Positions 1 to 12,039 of a stretch of DNA of 64,000 bases are shown here, one piece after another. Numbering within the stretch: position 1 is the stretch's first letter; every line of letters begins with the position of its first letter. The stretch spans positions 13,764,001 to 13,828,000 of the forward strand of contig NC_047075.1 in assembly GCF_902459465.1 (NCBI RefSeq), given 5' to 3'. Below the pieces are notes generated by a model. That model had not been told where the DNA came from and ran no database searches. It worked only from the letters and a program-made list of their open reading frames with translations. Source of the stretch: Asterias rubens. Its lineage: Eukaryota. The position numbers were made by a program, and so were the translations under genes.

Positions 1-3000
1 AATCTTAAAACGACGGGATTCCCCTGCGAGTTTAGCGTTGGTAAACAAGATTTTTGGGGAATCCGTCCGTAGCGGCGAGTCATGTAACATTGTGTCGCGT
101 CATGTTTTCACGCACAAACATTAAGGAAACATGGGTATTTTGATTGAACTAAAGAGGGTTGGCTTGCGGGGTTAACATTTTTTTGGGTTTACAAATATTA
201 TAATATTAATACCGTAATTATAGTTCGAAATCTTAGGAATTATCTTCCAACCGAGTTAAGCTAAGATTAACTCACAAATTACGTTTCTGATGGTTATGCA
301 TGTTAGCATTGATTAAATTTATAAAGGTTTCTCTCCTTTCTGTGGGAATGCATTTAATGTTATTTATTTATAGGGGGGTTCTTAAATCAAGTTCACTTAC
401 TTATTCTCAAAATAATATTACTGTTAGGCCCCATTTATTTTTTTATTTTAATAACAAGTTCAAAATATTTAATTCCAAAACCTAGGACTATTTACATTTT
501 CATAAAACATTTTTAAAATGTTAACTTAATTTAAGGCATAAATCTTCACACAAATTGTTTGCTGAATCTAACTTGAAAAGTTTAAAGTAACATCTTAAAG
601 ATCCAATAAGTAACACTGAGGCCTACAAACTATAAATAAAGCAGGACTCAATTTAGAGAAGTTTAAAAATTCAATTAATGAAAAAGGGAAAAAACAACTA
701 GCTAAATACAGGTTTACTTTATAAACAATCTTTAATACGTTTATCTTCCAGTACACGCTAGTCCACCAATCAAATATATAAAAAGGAATACCCTACTACC
801 ATTTTTCATATTGCACTTTGCATATTGTTAGTGTCAATGCGGCATGCTCCGTATATGCACAAAATTACTTTCTAAACTTTGTGCTGGTGCATGCTGTCCG
901 TCGCAAAATACTGTTTTGAAATTTTAAACTTTAAGTGTTGCACGCGAGACTGGAAGATAAATTTGTTATAATACTCGTGCTTGTGAAAAGGAAAAATCTA
1001 GCGCGTCTCCATAAAAAGATATGGGATGCAGAAGCGCTATCTTTTTCCGTTTTCCACTTGAGCTTGTGTGATGACTTATAGTAGTTTAGTTTAAGTTCAA
1101 GTTTGCTTTTATAAATTATTATAAAAATGTAAACTTTCTTTAAATACTTTCAGATATAAACTTCATCTCAATTTCCTGGTCACCCAGCCTCAGAAATGGA
1201 CGTTCACCTCAACAATTTTAGTACCTTGTGTAGAGTGTGTGGCAACAAAGTGCAAGAATTTAAGATGAAAAATCTGAAGAAGCCTCTTAAAAAAAGTTCA
1301 ACATATGCAGCTAAGATAAAAGTCAAGTTTAACATTGATGTCACCAGTGATGAAGTTCAACGCCATCCACCATTTTTCTGCCATCTTTGTTATTCCAATT
1401 TATTTTTGCCAACCCCGAGAGACGTACCCAACTACTGGCCCATTCACCCAGAAAGTGGAGAATGCATAATTTGCAAGAGAGCAGAAGCTAACACAGTGTA
1501 GGAGGGTTAGCTGGTTGCACTCCACAGATGAACATGACTGTACCAATCCCGATTCCTCTATCCCAGTTGATGAACAAATCTTCAAACAGATTCTGGGCAG
1601 TAATGTGTCACCTCTTGGGAAAGTAGGGCAGCAGCTGACATCTCACCTTCTAAAAAAATGCATGGATGGAGGAAAAATGGTGCGATTGTCAACCAAAGGA
1701 ACAGTGAGTATTTTGTGCCAAGCCAAGATCTTTTGATCTGTACATAAATAAAATAATTATGTATAATTTCTGATGTGCCCCTTAAGAACTGTTTTGTTTT
1801 ACAAATAAAAATGCATATCTTACCTTTTCATTTTGTGCACTATTAGGCCATGTGTGTTCAGCATGTCCCCACTGCCAACAAGCCCAGCACAGAAGTCAAC
1901 AAGAGAACCATTCAGCGGCGTACAAAATACTTGAAGGAGCAGATGTCCGAAATCAGCGCAGGACCATCTGATGTTCAGCTGGGGCATCTCATCAGTACAG
2001 CCTCCAGGAAATCTCTTCAACAACTTCTTGAAAAGCTGCAGATGAAAACACGAATACCCGCATTAAATGAGATGGCACTCAAAGCAGACTTGGGGTTATC
2101 TTGGGCTGGACTCAAACTGCCACAACCTGTACAACAAGGTGGAACACTTTGACGACAATGACATCACCAAACTTGGTAAGTTAGTTATTTCTCTTGTTTA
2201 CTTTAACTGTGTCCCCTTAAAAATCATGAAGGAACACCATCTATGTATCAGATTAAGGAACATTTGAGGTTTTATTAGTCTTTAAAAAAAATTCTGGAAT
2301 GACAATTTAAAACACTTTGAATTAAGTTTGTATTTTTTTTTTTCTTTTTATAGAGGAAAACATCCAGCAGTTCATGACTTACTTCCGCCCTGCATTTCCA
2401 ACCAAGACCATCCCACCAAAAATGCACATGCTGGAGTGTCACGTCAGCACCTTCATTCACAGCACACATCATGGACTCGGACTGTTAGGGGAACAAGGGG
2501 GAGAATCAATGCATGCAGTCTTCAATACACTCAGCAGAAGATTCAATGGCGCCAAAAACACATCATCACAACATCCAGATTTATACAAGCTACTGTGCAT
2601 CATGAAGGAACACCATCTATGTATCAACCCATCTATATCAAGTCTACGTCCCCAGTCAAGACCACGCAAGCGCAAGAGTAGTAGTAGTACTACTAGTACT
2701 ACCATTACCAAGCCTTCTGAATGATTTAGCGTAAGCATTGATGTATAATACTTAGTAAGCATTTTTATAGCTCCATGGATGGTAATATCTTGTCCTTGCT
2801 CTATCATAATTGTTTTGGCTAGATCAATTTTACCAACAACTTATCTTTTGGTTTTCCAGGCTCCTAAAATTTGATGAATTTCATCATGATGAAAGGTTTA
2901 TTAATATTAATATTTTTAATTGAAAAATGTGTAGGCCTTTATGTTGACAAGTCACTTTATTTATTAAGTCGGGTAAACCATTTTCAATTTTGTTCTTGAA

Positions 3001-3254
3001 CTGATACAAATTAATCATGAACTAACTTTAGTTAGCTTTTTAAGTTACCCAAACTAAAAAAAAGAAGGTTTTATTTACAAAGAGTAAAATACAACAGATT
3101 CCCAGATGCAGGTGCGCACGTTTAAGACATGTTTACACGCTTTGTACAAAGTGAAAACGTAGTAAACGGCGATATTTTGCCATTTTGAAAGGGTGCCCAG
3201 AGGCCATCCCTTATGGTTTGCTCATGTGTAACCAACACCTACATGTTCTACGTG
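1..3254 (+). mobile_element. Non-autonomous Chapaev-like DNA transposon; left end probably just upstream of the window
   Basis: Contains the transposase remnant. Candidate right terminus ...CATGTTCTACGTG at 3254 (CAC...GTG ends are typical of Chapaev). Bases of about 90-220 are weakly similar to the reverse complement of about 2890-3140, suggesting degenerate long TIRs. Confidence 0.45.
1196..2724 (+). pseudogene. Chapaev/N-RAG-TP-type transposase with RAG1-like N-terminal (Chapa/CND) domain; multi-exon, frameshifted, catalytic core deleted
   Basis: ORF 1196-1501 has H-x7-CRVCG-x35-D-x4-H-x4-C-x2-C...W-x-x-H...C-x2-C, matching the RAG1 N-terminal/Chapa zinc-binding pattern. Introns at about 1705-1847 (gtgagt...tag) and 2178-2354 (gtaagt...tag). 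The last exon has PKMHMLECH...GLLGEQGGESMHAVFN, the CMC/Transib-like C-terminal HxxxH plus catalytic-E region. The sequence jumps from LSWAGLK to CHNLYN at about 2116. Confidence 0.8.
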
Positions 3255-3929
3255 AGTTGAACCACCCTTCTATGCTCGAAATTTTTTAAAGAAAATTCAT
3301 GAAAGACCTTAAGCAAGAGTCAGAATGTGGACGACTAATTACCTTTACTCGATCCAGAACATTTGACGGAATATGCTGAAAAAATTATGAACTTTGAAGA
3401 CCTCTTTTTACTCCTTGGGTTTCGGCTAAATCGCCGAAAGTATGACGAAGAGATGAAGCCATGCCTGTAGATTATTTATGGCCCTCGTGGTCTCTCAGGG
3501 ATACATGCTTTGTGTTCATCGATCGAACGATGTTTACTTCCGGAAGTTTGCCAGACAGACAGCGCGACCGTTATTTACGCATGGCCAATTTATGTCAATA
3601 GAGGGCGCTACACAATGACAGACAAATCACGTGACCGCAGAATCTGCTTTACGCGCTGTGTGAAGCGGTGAGCTGCAGTGCAGAGAGTGGTAAAATGTTG
3701 CACCTGGACCCGAATAATACAACTGCATACAAATGTAAGAAATTATTATAAATGTATCAACTAAATGTAATACATGTAACAAACTTGGCCTCCATACTTT
3801 TACACTGAGATTAACACCAGAATTCTCTATACAAATGTAGAGGTCATTACAGGTGACAAGATCAGTGAGTATTTATTTGGCTTCCTGGTTAAGGTTTAAA
3901 TAAATGAGCAGTGCATGTTTTCTGCCAAT

Positions 3930-4221
3930 TTTAAGCATTTAAGCATTTACTCAAAATTGTGATGCAATATACACATACTTCCCGCAAATTCTGGGAAAAG
4001 TTACATTTTTCCACATATAAATCAAATTTTTCAAATTGCGGATTTAACCAAAATTTGAGTTTTTGCGTATTTTTTTAAAACGGTCGCCATGGCAACCCTT
4101 TTTCAAGTGGCTCCCAATTTTAAAATGTTCCATGAGAGATGACCTACAACTCTACCAAAATTCATGCTTGTACGTCAAAACCCACAATTCTTTGCTCTAA
4201 ATGCACATATCTGCCTAACTA
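3930..4221. mobile_element. Terminal inverted repeat end of a DNA transposon (TAG...CTA terminus, Academ-like)
   Basis: Ends ...GCACATATCTGCCTAACTA (4221), which reads TAGTTAGGCAGATATGTGC on the minus strand, and carries a subterminal CCATGGCAAC motif. No partner end in the window. Confidence 0.45.
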
Positions 4222-5887
4222 AATACCTTGCTGCTGTTTTTTATTTCTCAAATTTATAGTGCCTTTTGCATAATTAACTAGAATCTCTCTTTTAGCGAAT
4301 TTGTATTTTTAATGCCCATTAGTGCTTTTATAGTTTTAACTGCTTGTATAGTTCTATATTTTTATACTGCATGCCATATTTTAATAATGTCCATCTGTAA
4401 TGTCCCTTTTTGTCTCTTCGTAAATTGTAGCATCAGGAGATTAACTCGATAGTAATTTAGTTTACTTTTTGTTAATCCTTCAGGGGTGCTGCTTTTTTTG
4501 TTATTGTATTGTATGTTCTTGTTGTTGTTTTCTTCAGTTCTTATTGTCTGTGCTTGAATTTTTGCCTGTGAAATTAATAAATGAAATGAAATAAAAATTA
4601 AATAAAACGACTGTGCCTGCTTTCCAACTATGTGAAAAACTTGGGTCCTTTATGGGCTTAGTCTGCATTTTAGATTGTGAGTGCTAATGGGTGCAAAATC
4701 AAGTTAATTAAGGGAAATCAGTTAATTTCTAAACACATTGTAAACAAATTAGAATTAAGCTTCGTCAAATAGAATTGTGCTCTTCCCGTCATTGTCACCA
4801 CTGTGGCGCAACGGTTTATGCACATGGTGGAAACAAGTATCGAACTTAATACGGTACTAGCAAGTGAGCTAAAAAGTGCCACGTGCAAGTTTGATTGAAT
4901 GGTATAGATTATAAAATTATCAGCGTTTATATAATTACTGTATTGGATTGATTCCTTCTCATTCCTGTGTGTTTTCCTTTCATCTTAAAGTGTACAGTCA
5001 GCTATACAGCAGTTTCAAGAAGGGCTATGGGGTTGCTGTGGGAAGGATGGAAACATAAAAAAAACTTCTGTCCGTCCGTTGTTCGTGTGAAAGGCTTCAC
5101 CAACTCTTACCTTCTTGGATATGAGAAAGCGTTATCAGGTTGACCACGCACCCATATAATCTAATGCAAGAGCTCTGGAATATGACACCATTGACAATTT
5201 GGAGGTTTTTCTTGAGATAGTATCTAGGAAGTCTACTTAGAGTTACTAACTTTTTGATATATTTTCATGATGATAATATCATGACCAAAAATGAAAAAAT
5301 AACTAAAGTTTGCCAAAGAAAAGGTACTAAACTTATTCAAACTTCCGTGTTTGGCTTTCCTTTACTGCATGAAAAGCAGCTAACAGCTAACTTGTATTTC
5401 ACAAAATTATAGCCTAAATAATATAAATTTCAACAACTTTAACTTTAAGAATGCGCAAGCTACACGTTTCACAAAGTGTCAGAAAGTCTCCGCATCAGGA
5501 CAGTTTTTGTTATAGCGCCCTCTCTTGAATCAAAATCTCCAATGTTTCCATGATCATACCAATCGCCATTTTACAAGTCCAAATCCAAACTAATCACGTA
5601 AATTCCTCAAATAATTGCTAAATATCCAGGTTAATCCAATCATCGAACCACTTCTATTCATCACCAAAGTCCCGTGCGTACATCTTAATCAACCACGGGT
5701 ATATGATCAACAATAATCCACTACAATCAAAGTTCAAGTACACCTTCTTTTCACAAAGTGTGATAAATAGTTTACACAGATGGTTAACAGTTATCTCTTT
5801 ATAGACGATTCGTAAGAGGATTTGCAAAGCCACTTCGGCGACTGACAGAGAAGAAGAATACATTTATGTGGACTGAAGAGTGTGAGA

Positions 5888-6200
5888 CATAGAGCTATAC
5901 ATATTTAATGGAGCGCTAACACCCCGTTATACACGCACTAAGGTTTTGAACCTGTGTGGGCGCATCCATGTTTATGTACAAACCAAAACAAAAGCTTGAC
6001 ATTTGTACGGCAATTGTACGGAAATTTGCACGATAGTGCGTTTGTTCTTTGTTATGTGTCATCGAAGCCAAAAATTCAGCAAATGTTAACGCACAATCTG
6101 CTGATCATCTTCACAATCTGCTGATCAGCTTCACAAACTGCGAGCGTCATGTGCATGATGGTTAAAAGGCACGTATTTTTAATTTAGTACGTCAATCAAG
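5888..6200 (+). mobile_element. Truncated copy of the CATAGAG-terminated MITE family (full copy at 35386-35880)
   Basis: CATAGAGCTATACATATT...GAGCGCTAACACCCCGTTATACACGCACTAA is co-linear with 35386 onward for about 300 bp. The right end is missing. Confidence 0.8.
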
Positions 6201-6869
6201 AGGGTACTGAGAAGGTAGCATATTTCAGCAGAACATTGATAAAGAAAATAACTTTTTCGCCAATTTCGCCAAGGGACTGGGGTTTTAATGAGCGCTTCGT
6301 CCAGAGCATGTCCGCTTTGGCGCTGGCGTATTCATGATTTATGCAATCCTTTTGTAAGTGTTCACTTAATTAATAAGCCGCCAGGATCCTGGGGTTTACG
6401 ATGGCAAATGCAGGTTAGTTAAGGACTGCCTCCCTTACCTGTACATTAAAAAGTTTCTGATTTGAGGCGCTCAGATGGCCGATGAGTTTCAAAAGACCAG
6501 AGGGACAGACTATCAAGATAGATGAAAGGGAACAGGCACATACAAATTAGAAACACAGCTTTCGGCTGGTGCAAAACATGGAAATAAAGATGGTTTATTT
6601 CGCCAGCAATTTGATGAATGTGAACAGTATGGCAGAGTCGAGCTTATAGCGACGCAGAGACAAACCATCACTCACACATAGTAGGAGAACCATGAGTCAA
6701 AGGTGAAAAAAACACACCACAAAGTTAATGGTATAATGACAACTTCCGGAACAAGTGTGGGAGATGAGAAGTTACTACAACTACATTGTGCTGTGCTGTG
6801 ATAACAAGTGTTTGGGCTGAAGACGAAAATAAAAATAAGTATGTTGATGATGAGGAATGTATGTGAGCC

Positions 6870-7060
6870 ATAGAATTTAGGGAGTCGCAGTTAAGTGACG
6901 GGCATATTGGACAGGCGGTCCAGTGGGAGAGTTCGGAGACAGGCGTCCAGAATGGAGTAAAGTTTACCGCGACGACACGGCAGTTAATTGTTGTTGGGCG
7001 CAGTGGGACAGTCTATGTGGGATGGAGTGTTGTATAGAAGATGAAGAGTGGTATGAAAGG
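6870..7060 (+). pseudogene. Gypsy pol fragment (RNase H-integrase linker)
   Basis: Frameshifted translation ESQLSDGHIGQAVQW..RRPEWSKV...WAQWDSL..GVLYRR, homologous to the start of ORF 15888 (EAQLNDPSIAWIL...RPAWETI...WNRWDQL...GALYHR). Confidence 0.7.
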
Positions 7061-7249
7061 CTATATGATAACATAGGAACTCCGGCAAGATATAATACAG
7101 CGACTCCATAGTGACCCGAAATTTAGACATTAGGGTAGATTGAAGACTTTAGATAGAATTCCATTAGATTCCATTGGTGGAAAAACATGCATATCTTTCA
7201 TTAGGTGCAGGTGGCAAGTCAGTTTCCACTGGCAACAGGGTCTGTTTGA

Positions 7250-8450
7250 CCATTGCCAATTCAGTTGAGCGAAAGGTTGTCTTCAGCCGACGCACTCTCG
7301 GGAAACTGATTTTGTTGGCTTGCGTCATTCGTCAGCTGATCTACGAAACTTAGTCTCCTCATGCCCTTGCTGTTGTTTGCATTCATGGGTTCCCAAAGAA
7401 TAAGGGTGCCCACAGCTAACTCTGGGTGGCGGACAGAGTGGCCAGTCAGCCTCATCCTTCGTTCCATGATTGACAGATGATTGACGATGCCCTTGGTAGG
7501 GCATCGTAGGGCTTGGAGTTGGGCTTACGGTCATCTTAAATATAGTGCACATCGAGGGCTATCCGTGTATGCCATTCTTGTTTAGACGCCGTCTAGTGCT
7601 CTTTCTTGATGGCTATCAGAGTCCATGTCTTGACTCGATACAGAAGTACAGACTCGACTAGCAACGAACAGCGACTCTTGATGATATCGTTGAGACCAGC
7701 TCCCACAGATGCTTTTGCCAGGAAGGACCTTCCGTTAAAAGCTCTCCTCACGCTTTCTTACTCTCAGTTGATCATATGAGGACGCCAAGGTATTTATTAA
7801 GCTCTTCAATGACCTCTAGGGGAGCTCTTGGGTCTGCCCACTGAACTCACTGTGACTGAGAGGAGAGATTTCGTCAGCATAGTCAAGGCCTGTAATCACT
7901 ACAGCTGGCACACTCCTTTTTCGGCGCTCGGCAAGCGTAGAGCCTATCTCTTCCTCCCTGCCATTGATAGCAGACCTCAAAGCAATCCATGACGAGCACG
8001 AACACGAATAATGCTAGTGTGTCCCCCTGCAGAGCTCCAGCCGTGATTTCAAAGAGGTATGTGGTACCATCTGGGGTGACCACCTTAGCCCACAAATTGT
8101 ACCTTGCAGTGATTGCCTTTTCTGGACTCCATGCTCGAAGGATCTCAATGAGCTTGCATCGGTGTACAGTGTAATTGGCTTTCTTGAAGTCGATGAAGGT
8201 AATGACACATGACTCCGACCAGTATTTGCCTCAGGGCAAGGATCTGCCCAGTTGTGGTTCTCTTTGGATGGAAACCATGAGTCTTAATCAGACGGTTGTA
8301 TGTCTTCATGACAAGAATGATCCCCGGTATAGATCTGAAGGAGAGAGGTGGCCCGATTTGGGTTCTGGTATGATGTTAAGAGTTAAAACCAACTCATCGT
8401 GGGTAGATCTCCCAACTTGTTGGCTTTGTTCCAGTGGGACATCATGAGTA
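7250..8450 (-). mobile_element. Degenerate RTE-like non-LTR retrotransposon fragment (RT domain and C-terminus)
   Basis: Across frameshifts: TFIDFKKA, VVTPDGTT.LFEITAGALQGDTLA.F.F..V.D, LDYADEI (YADD variant), RMRLTGHSVRHPEL...LILWEP, all characteristic of RTE/RTE-X clade ORFs. Confidence 0.8.
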
Positions 8451-8695
8451 GCTCGTTTGCCCAACAATCCAGTCGATTTAAGTCATCGTTCCCCCCCCCC
8501 ATTCTTGAATTTGGGAGTAACTTCGCATACTGTGGAACTTTGCAGATGCCTCAGTAGGTGCCAAATTGCTAGCATCAACATATTTCGAGCTCTGTCAGTC
8601 TGTTACAGCCGCAGAGAGTCGCTGGTCATTGTTTAACTGCGAAGAGGTGGGTTTTGAGGAAAGTTTTGAAAGAAGATGTTGTATTTGCAGTCCTG

Positions 8696-9604
8696 GGGTC
8701 GATTTCACCAACGCGTTTTGGTCATTGCAAACGCCGAAATCGATCGCTAAATCTAAAATCCATCGCAACTTAGCGATGGATTTTTAGCCGACGATTTCAC
8801 TAAAACTTAACGATGAATATACTCGTCGCAAAGTTTTATTTAGCGAAGACAATCTTGCGATGACATGTTAGTGGTCGCAAAGTAAAAGTTCATCGCAAAC
8901 TTATGATACATTGCGCCATTCTGTGCTTATAGCTATAGCGGTGTACGTTTTGACTTTCCGTGATTCGAGTAAAATGAGTGGCGCTACATTATTGTCTTGC
9001 GGTCTTTTAACTGGTAGACTCAGATTGCCGATGACGACTATCAGCGACGCAAGTGCAGCAAAGAGCCCCTTAATATCGGTAAAAAGGAGATACTATATAG
9101 GTTCGATTATTTTAACCATCATTTTTAGAAAAAATGTGTAATGTATTGGAAATTGACAGTGTGAAGCTTAGTATTATTAGACAGATATGTCAGTATTTTC
9201 ATCAATCCCACCGTTACAACAGATTTACGAAAACTGTTTATTCAAATCTAAAATTATAATAGAGGCCATAGGCCTATAAATGCTTTAACCCTTTGTAAAT
9301 GAATGTCTAAACATCGTCCACAATAGTTTGTATGCACCAACATGACAGCGATTTACATATAAACTGCACAATGCCATTTCATTCATTTCGAGGGACGACC
9401 GACGATTTTGTCGCGGGATGTCAAAGGTCACTACTTTTAGCCTCGTACAAACACTTTACTTCCCTTTTAACGTCATCGCAATTGCGATGACTTTAGTGAA
9501 ACGCAGAATTAGCGACATCGCAATTGCGATGGATTTGAGGTTTGCGATCTCATCGCAAGTGTGTTAGCGATGATTGCAAACATAGACGTTAGTGAAATCG
9601 GCCC
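8696..9604. mobile_element. PIF/Harbinger-type MITE, 909 bp
   Basis: TIRs GGGTCGATTTCACCAACG and reverse complement GGGCCGATTTCACTAACG. 3-bp TSD CTG at 8693-8695 and 9605-9607. Many internal CATCGCAA/TTGCGATG motifs. Confidence 0.85.
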
Positions 9605-10667
9605 CTGATGTGGTAGGGAAGACTATTCCACACCTTCCCCGCAGTAACCAAGAAAGAACGTGCTCCCCATGTGTTCTTTGCCATATGTTCTAAGAGGAGA
9701 CGTTGATCAGCTGATCTTAGGTTACTGCGGAAAGGTTATCTGGCTACATTGTTCACCATTGGCATCTGTTATAACTGTTTGCAAGTGATATTTTTTTACA
9801 CTTATGATCAACGGTAACTACTTTAAGGCTTCTTGGGAACTGACAATTCTACATGTGTTTCTAACAATAATTGGTTGGTGTCAGGCCTGAGAAATCTCCG
9901 CTTTAAAGGGGATTGACGCTCTTTTTAATTTTCCCAGTCCGCTTTTTTCTTGGGTTCCGCTTTTTTTCCATTCCTTATTTGTCATGCGGGCTCCGCTTTT
10001 TTCCCGTTCCGTTTTTATCTTCTTTTTTAAAATCCAAAATAGATCGTCAAGCAGCATGTACCTGGAACCAGGACCCACTTTAATTGCGATTTGATTTTGT
10101 TTTTAATTTTTCGTTTAGCGCGATGTCTATTTTACATGTACTTCAATGTCATTGTTCCATTGCACCAATAGACGGTGCTTTACTAAAAAGCCAACACCTT
10201 GAGACAAGATTAGGCACACATGGTTTTCCCCCACACGACGTACGTTGTGTAAGTGTGGATTTTTTTGGCGACAAGTAAAATATATGGCAGTTAACGACGA
10301 GGACTCATCGCGCTTGTGGATTTATTCCTAAAGGAGTGCTACAAAAATAATATTGAAAATGAGGATGCACAACACATTGTTACACAGAAGAATTGTGGCC
10401 TATGTTTCTGTGAATGTATTGTGTTGTCTACGTCTCAGTTTTTAAATGAAGCCATACGCTTTCCTTCTCTTTAGCACACTTTTGTTCCCTCAATATACGC
10501 TGTCCTTCATTCAAGACATAGTTTTCATTTCATCCTAGTTCAGGTGATTGATTTAATATTACTCCGATAACTGAACAAAATCAATTAAACAACTAAAACA
10601 ATGCTTGGTGGAATGATATAAACTCGGGGAATAATTAATATTACGAGGGAACAACATGTTATATTAC

Positions 10668-11724
10668 TGTAACGGAAATTAGTTTACTGTTTATTGTTTT
10701 CACTTGTGTATAATTGTTATTTTCCATCTGTGTATATATTTCCATGTGTTTAGCTTGCTACGGCTGCCGCAGCGCTTATTACAGTTGGGCGCGCGTATTT
10801 ATTTTGCATTGGGCGCTTCCGTATTTCTCACAGTGCTTACCGCGCAGTATTTGGCGTTATTTGGGCTTGTTAAATTAGCGGCGCGGGTTATACAACACAC
10901 TGCAATAGCAGCGTATAGTGCAGCGCATAATTGGGAGTATTTTATAGTGCGGTTTGGCAGCGGGAAGTTCAAGTTGTTGCTAGGTTTATTGTTTATTATA
11001 GGGTCAAGTTATGACAGATCCCAGTGACTTGTCAATTTGCTGGTTACAAGACCAGATTACTTTCTTTGTACTACTCGGCGTCACTGTATAATTTATAATG
11101 TAAACTTGCGGGATCCAGAATTATTTATATTATAATAATAGTGTGTGATCGACAGATCTCTTTTACTTCATATTCGGTAAGATAAAAACCTCTGATTCAC
11201 TTCACGTATATAAAGTGATTTTTGTTGTTTTAGTTATTAAACAATAGTTTCCCTGCTCTACGCCCGGTTAGTAACTGTTCATATAGCACCTCCTTAAGGA
11301 GAGAGCCGAGGTCCAGTAGTTGTTAACGTTTATAAGGGATTATTATTAAATATCCACGTCACCATTTATTGTAAAAATTACTGCCAATTATTTGTTGTAA
11401 ACTGTTGAGCGATTTGTGTGCATTTTTAAGGGCAAGTACTGCTCTTGGTTTATAGACGCAATAAATCCTCTCGTTTTATTATTCCATAATTTATATGTTT
11501 CCCTTGTCTATTATTCTTGCCAGAGTCCTCTGCCTTTAAATGAGGATATATTTTCCTCAAACGAACGTCCCCACAGATTAATATTCAGCTGCTCGAATAT
11601 TTATTTGTTTTAATAAACTTGCGATTTTTGGTCTTTACCAACTTTGACCAAAAGTTCTTGGTTTAAGATCGTTTCCTTTCTAATTGCATCCGAAGGGAAC
11701 AAACAAGAATATATTTCCGCCACA
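10668..11724 (+). repeat. 5' LTR of Gypsy 1
   Basis: Begins TGTAACGGAA, ends ATTTCCGCCACA, is followed by the PBS, and aligns with 20070-21213 with several indels. Confidence 0.95.
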
Positions 11725-11725
11725 A

Positions 11726-11743
11726 TGGTGTCAGAAGTGGGAT
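11726..11743 (+). promoter_or_regulatory. Primer-binding site, complementary to tRNA-Leu(CAA) 3' end
   Basis: TGGTGTCAGAAGTGGGAT, 1 nt after the LTR-terminal CA. tRNA identity is from recalled metazoan tRNA-Leu sequences. Confidence 0.85.
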
Positions 11744-12039
11744 GTTTAAAGGCAAATAAGTAAGAATTTAAGGACTAAGAGTTATAGAAATAGAGGAAAC
11801 ATTATTAAATTCACGATAACTTTACCTCAATTATTGAGCGTGAAGCGTTGGCCGGTACATTTTACAACATATAACAGTACACAGCACCTCCGTTGGAGGC
11901 GCTGTTCAGTTGTCAGTTCACACCTCCGTTGGAGGCTATATAGTCAGGACCTCCGAGGGAGGCGCTATTAATCGCGTGTAACAGAGGCGTGTGTATCATT
12001 GGATGTAGTTGGTCTATTTTATTTTTATTAGCACAATAA

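Noticed and set aside
1196-4221. Bona fide RAG1L-RAG2L (ProtoRAG) locus
   Set aside because: No RING finger, no RAG1 core, no convergent kelch/PHD RAG2-like gene and no RSS-like heptamer/nonamer ends. The C-terminal motif is Chapaev/N-RAG-TP-type.
6441-6784. Possible solo LTR on the minus strand (TGTAG…TACA, AATAAA)
   Set aside because: No TSD and no second copy in the window.
10704-11027. Hydrophobic 107-aa ORF in the 5' LTR (membrane protein?)
   Set aside because: The frame is broken by indels in both 3' LTR copies; it reflects T-rich LTR composition.
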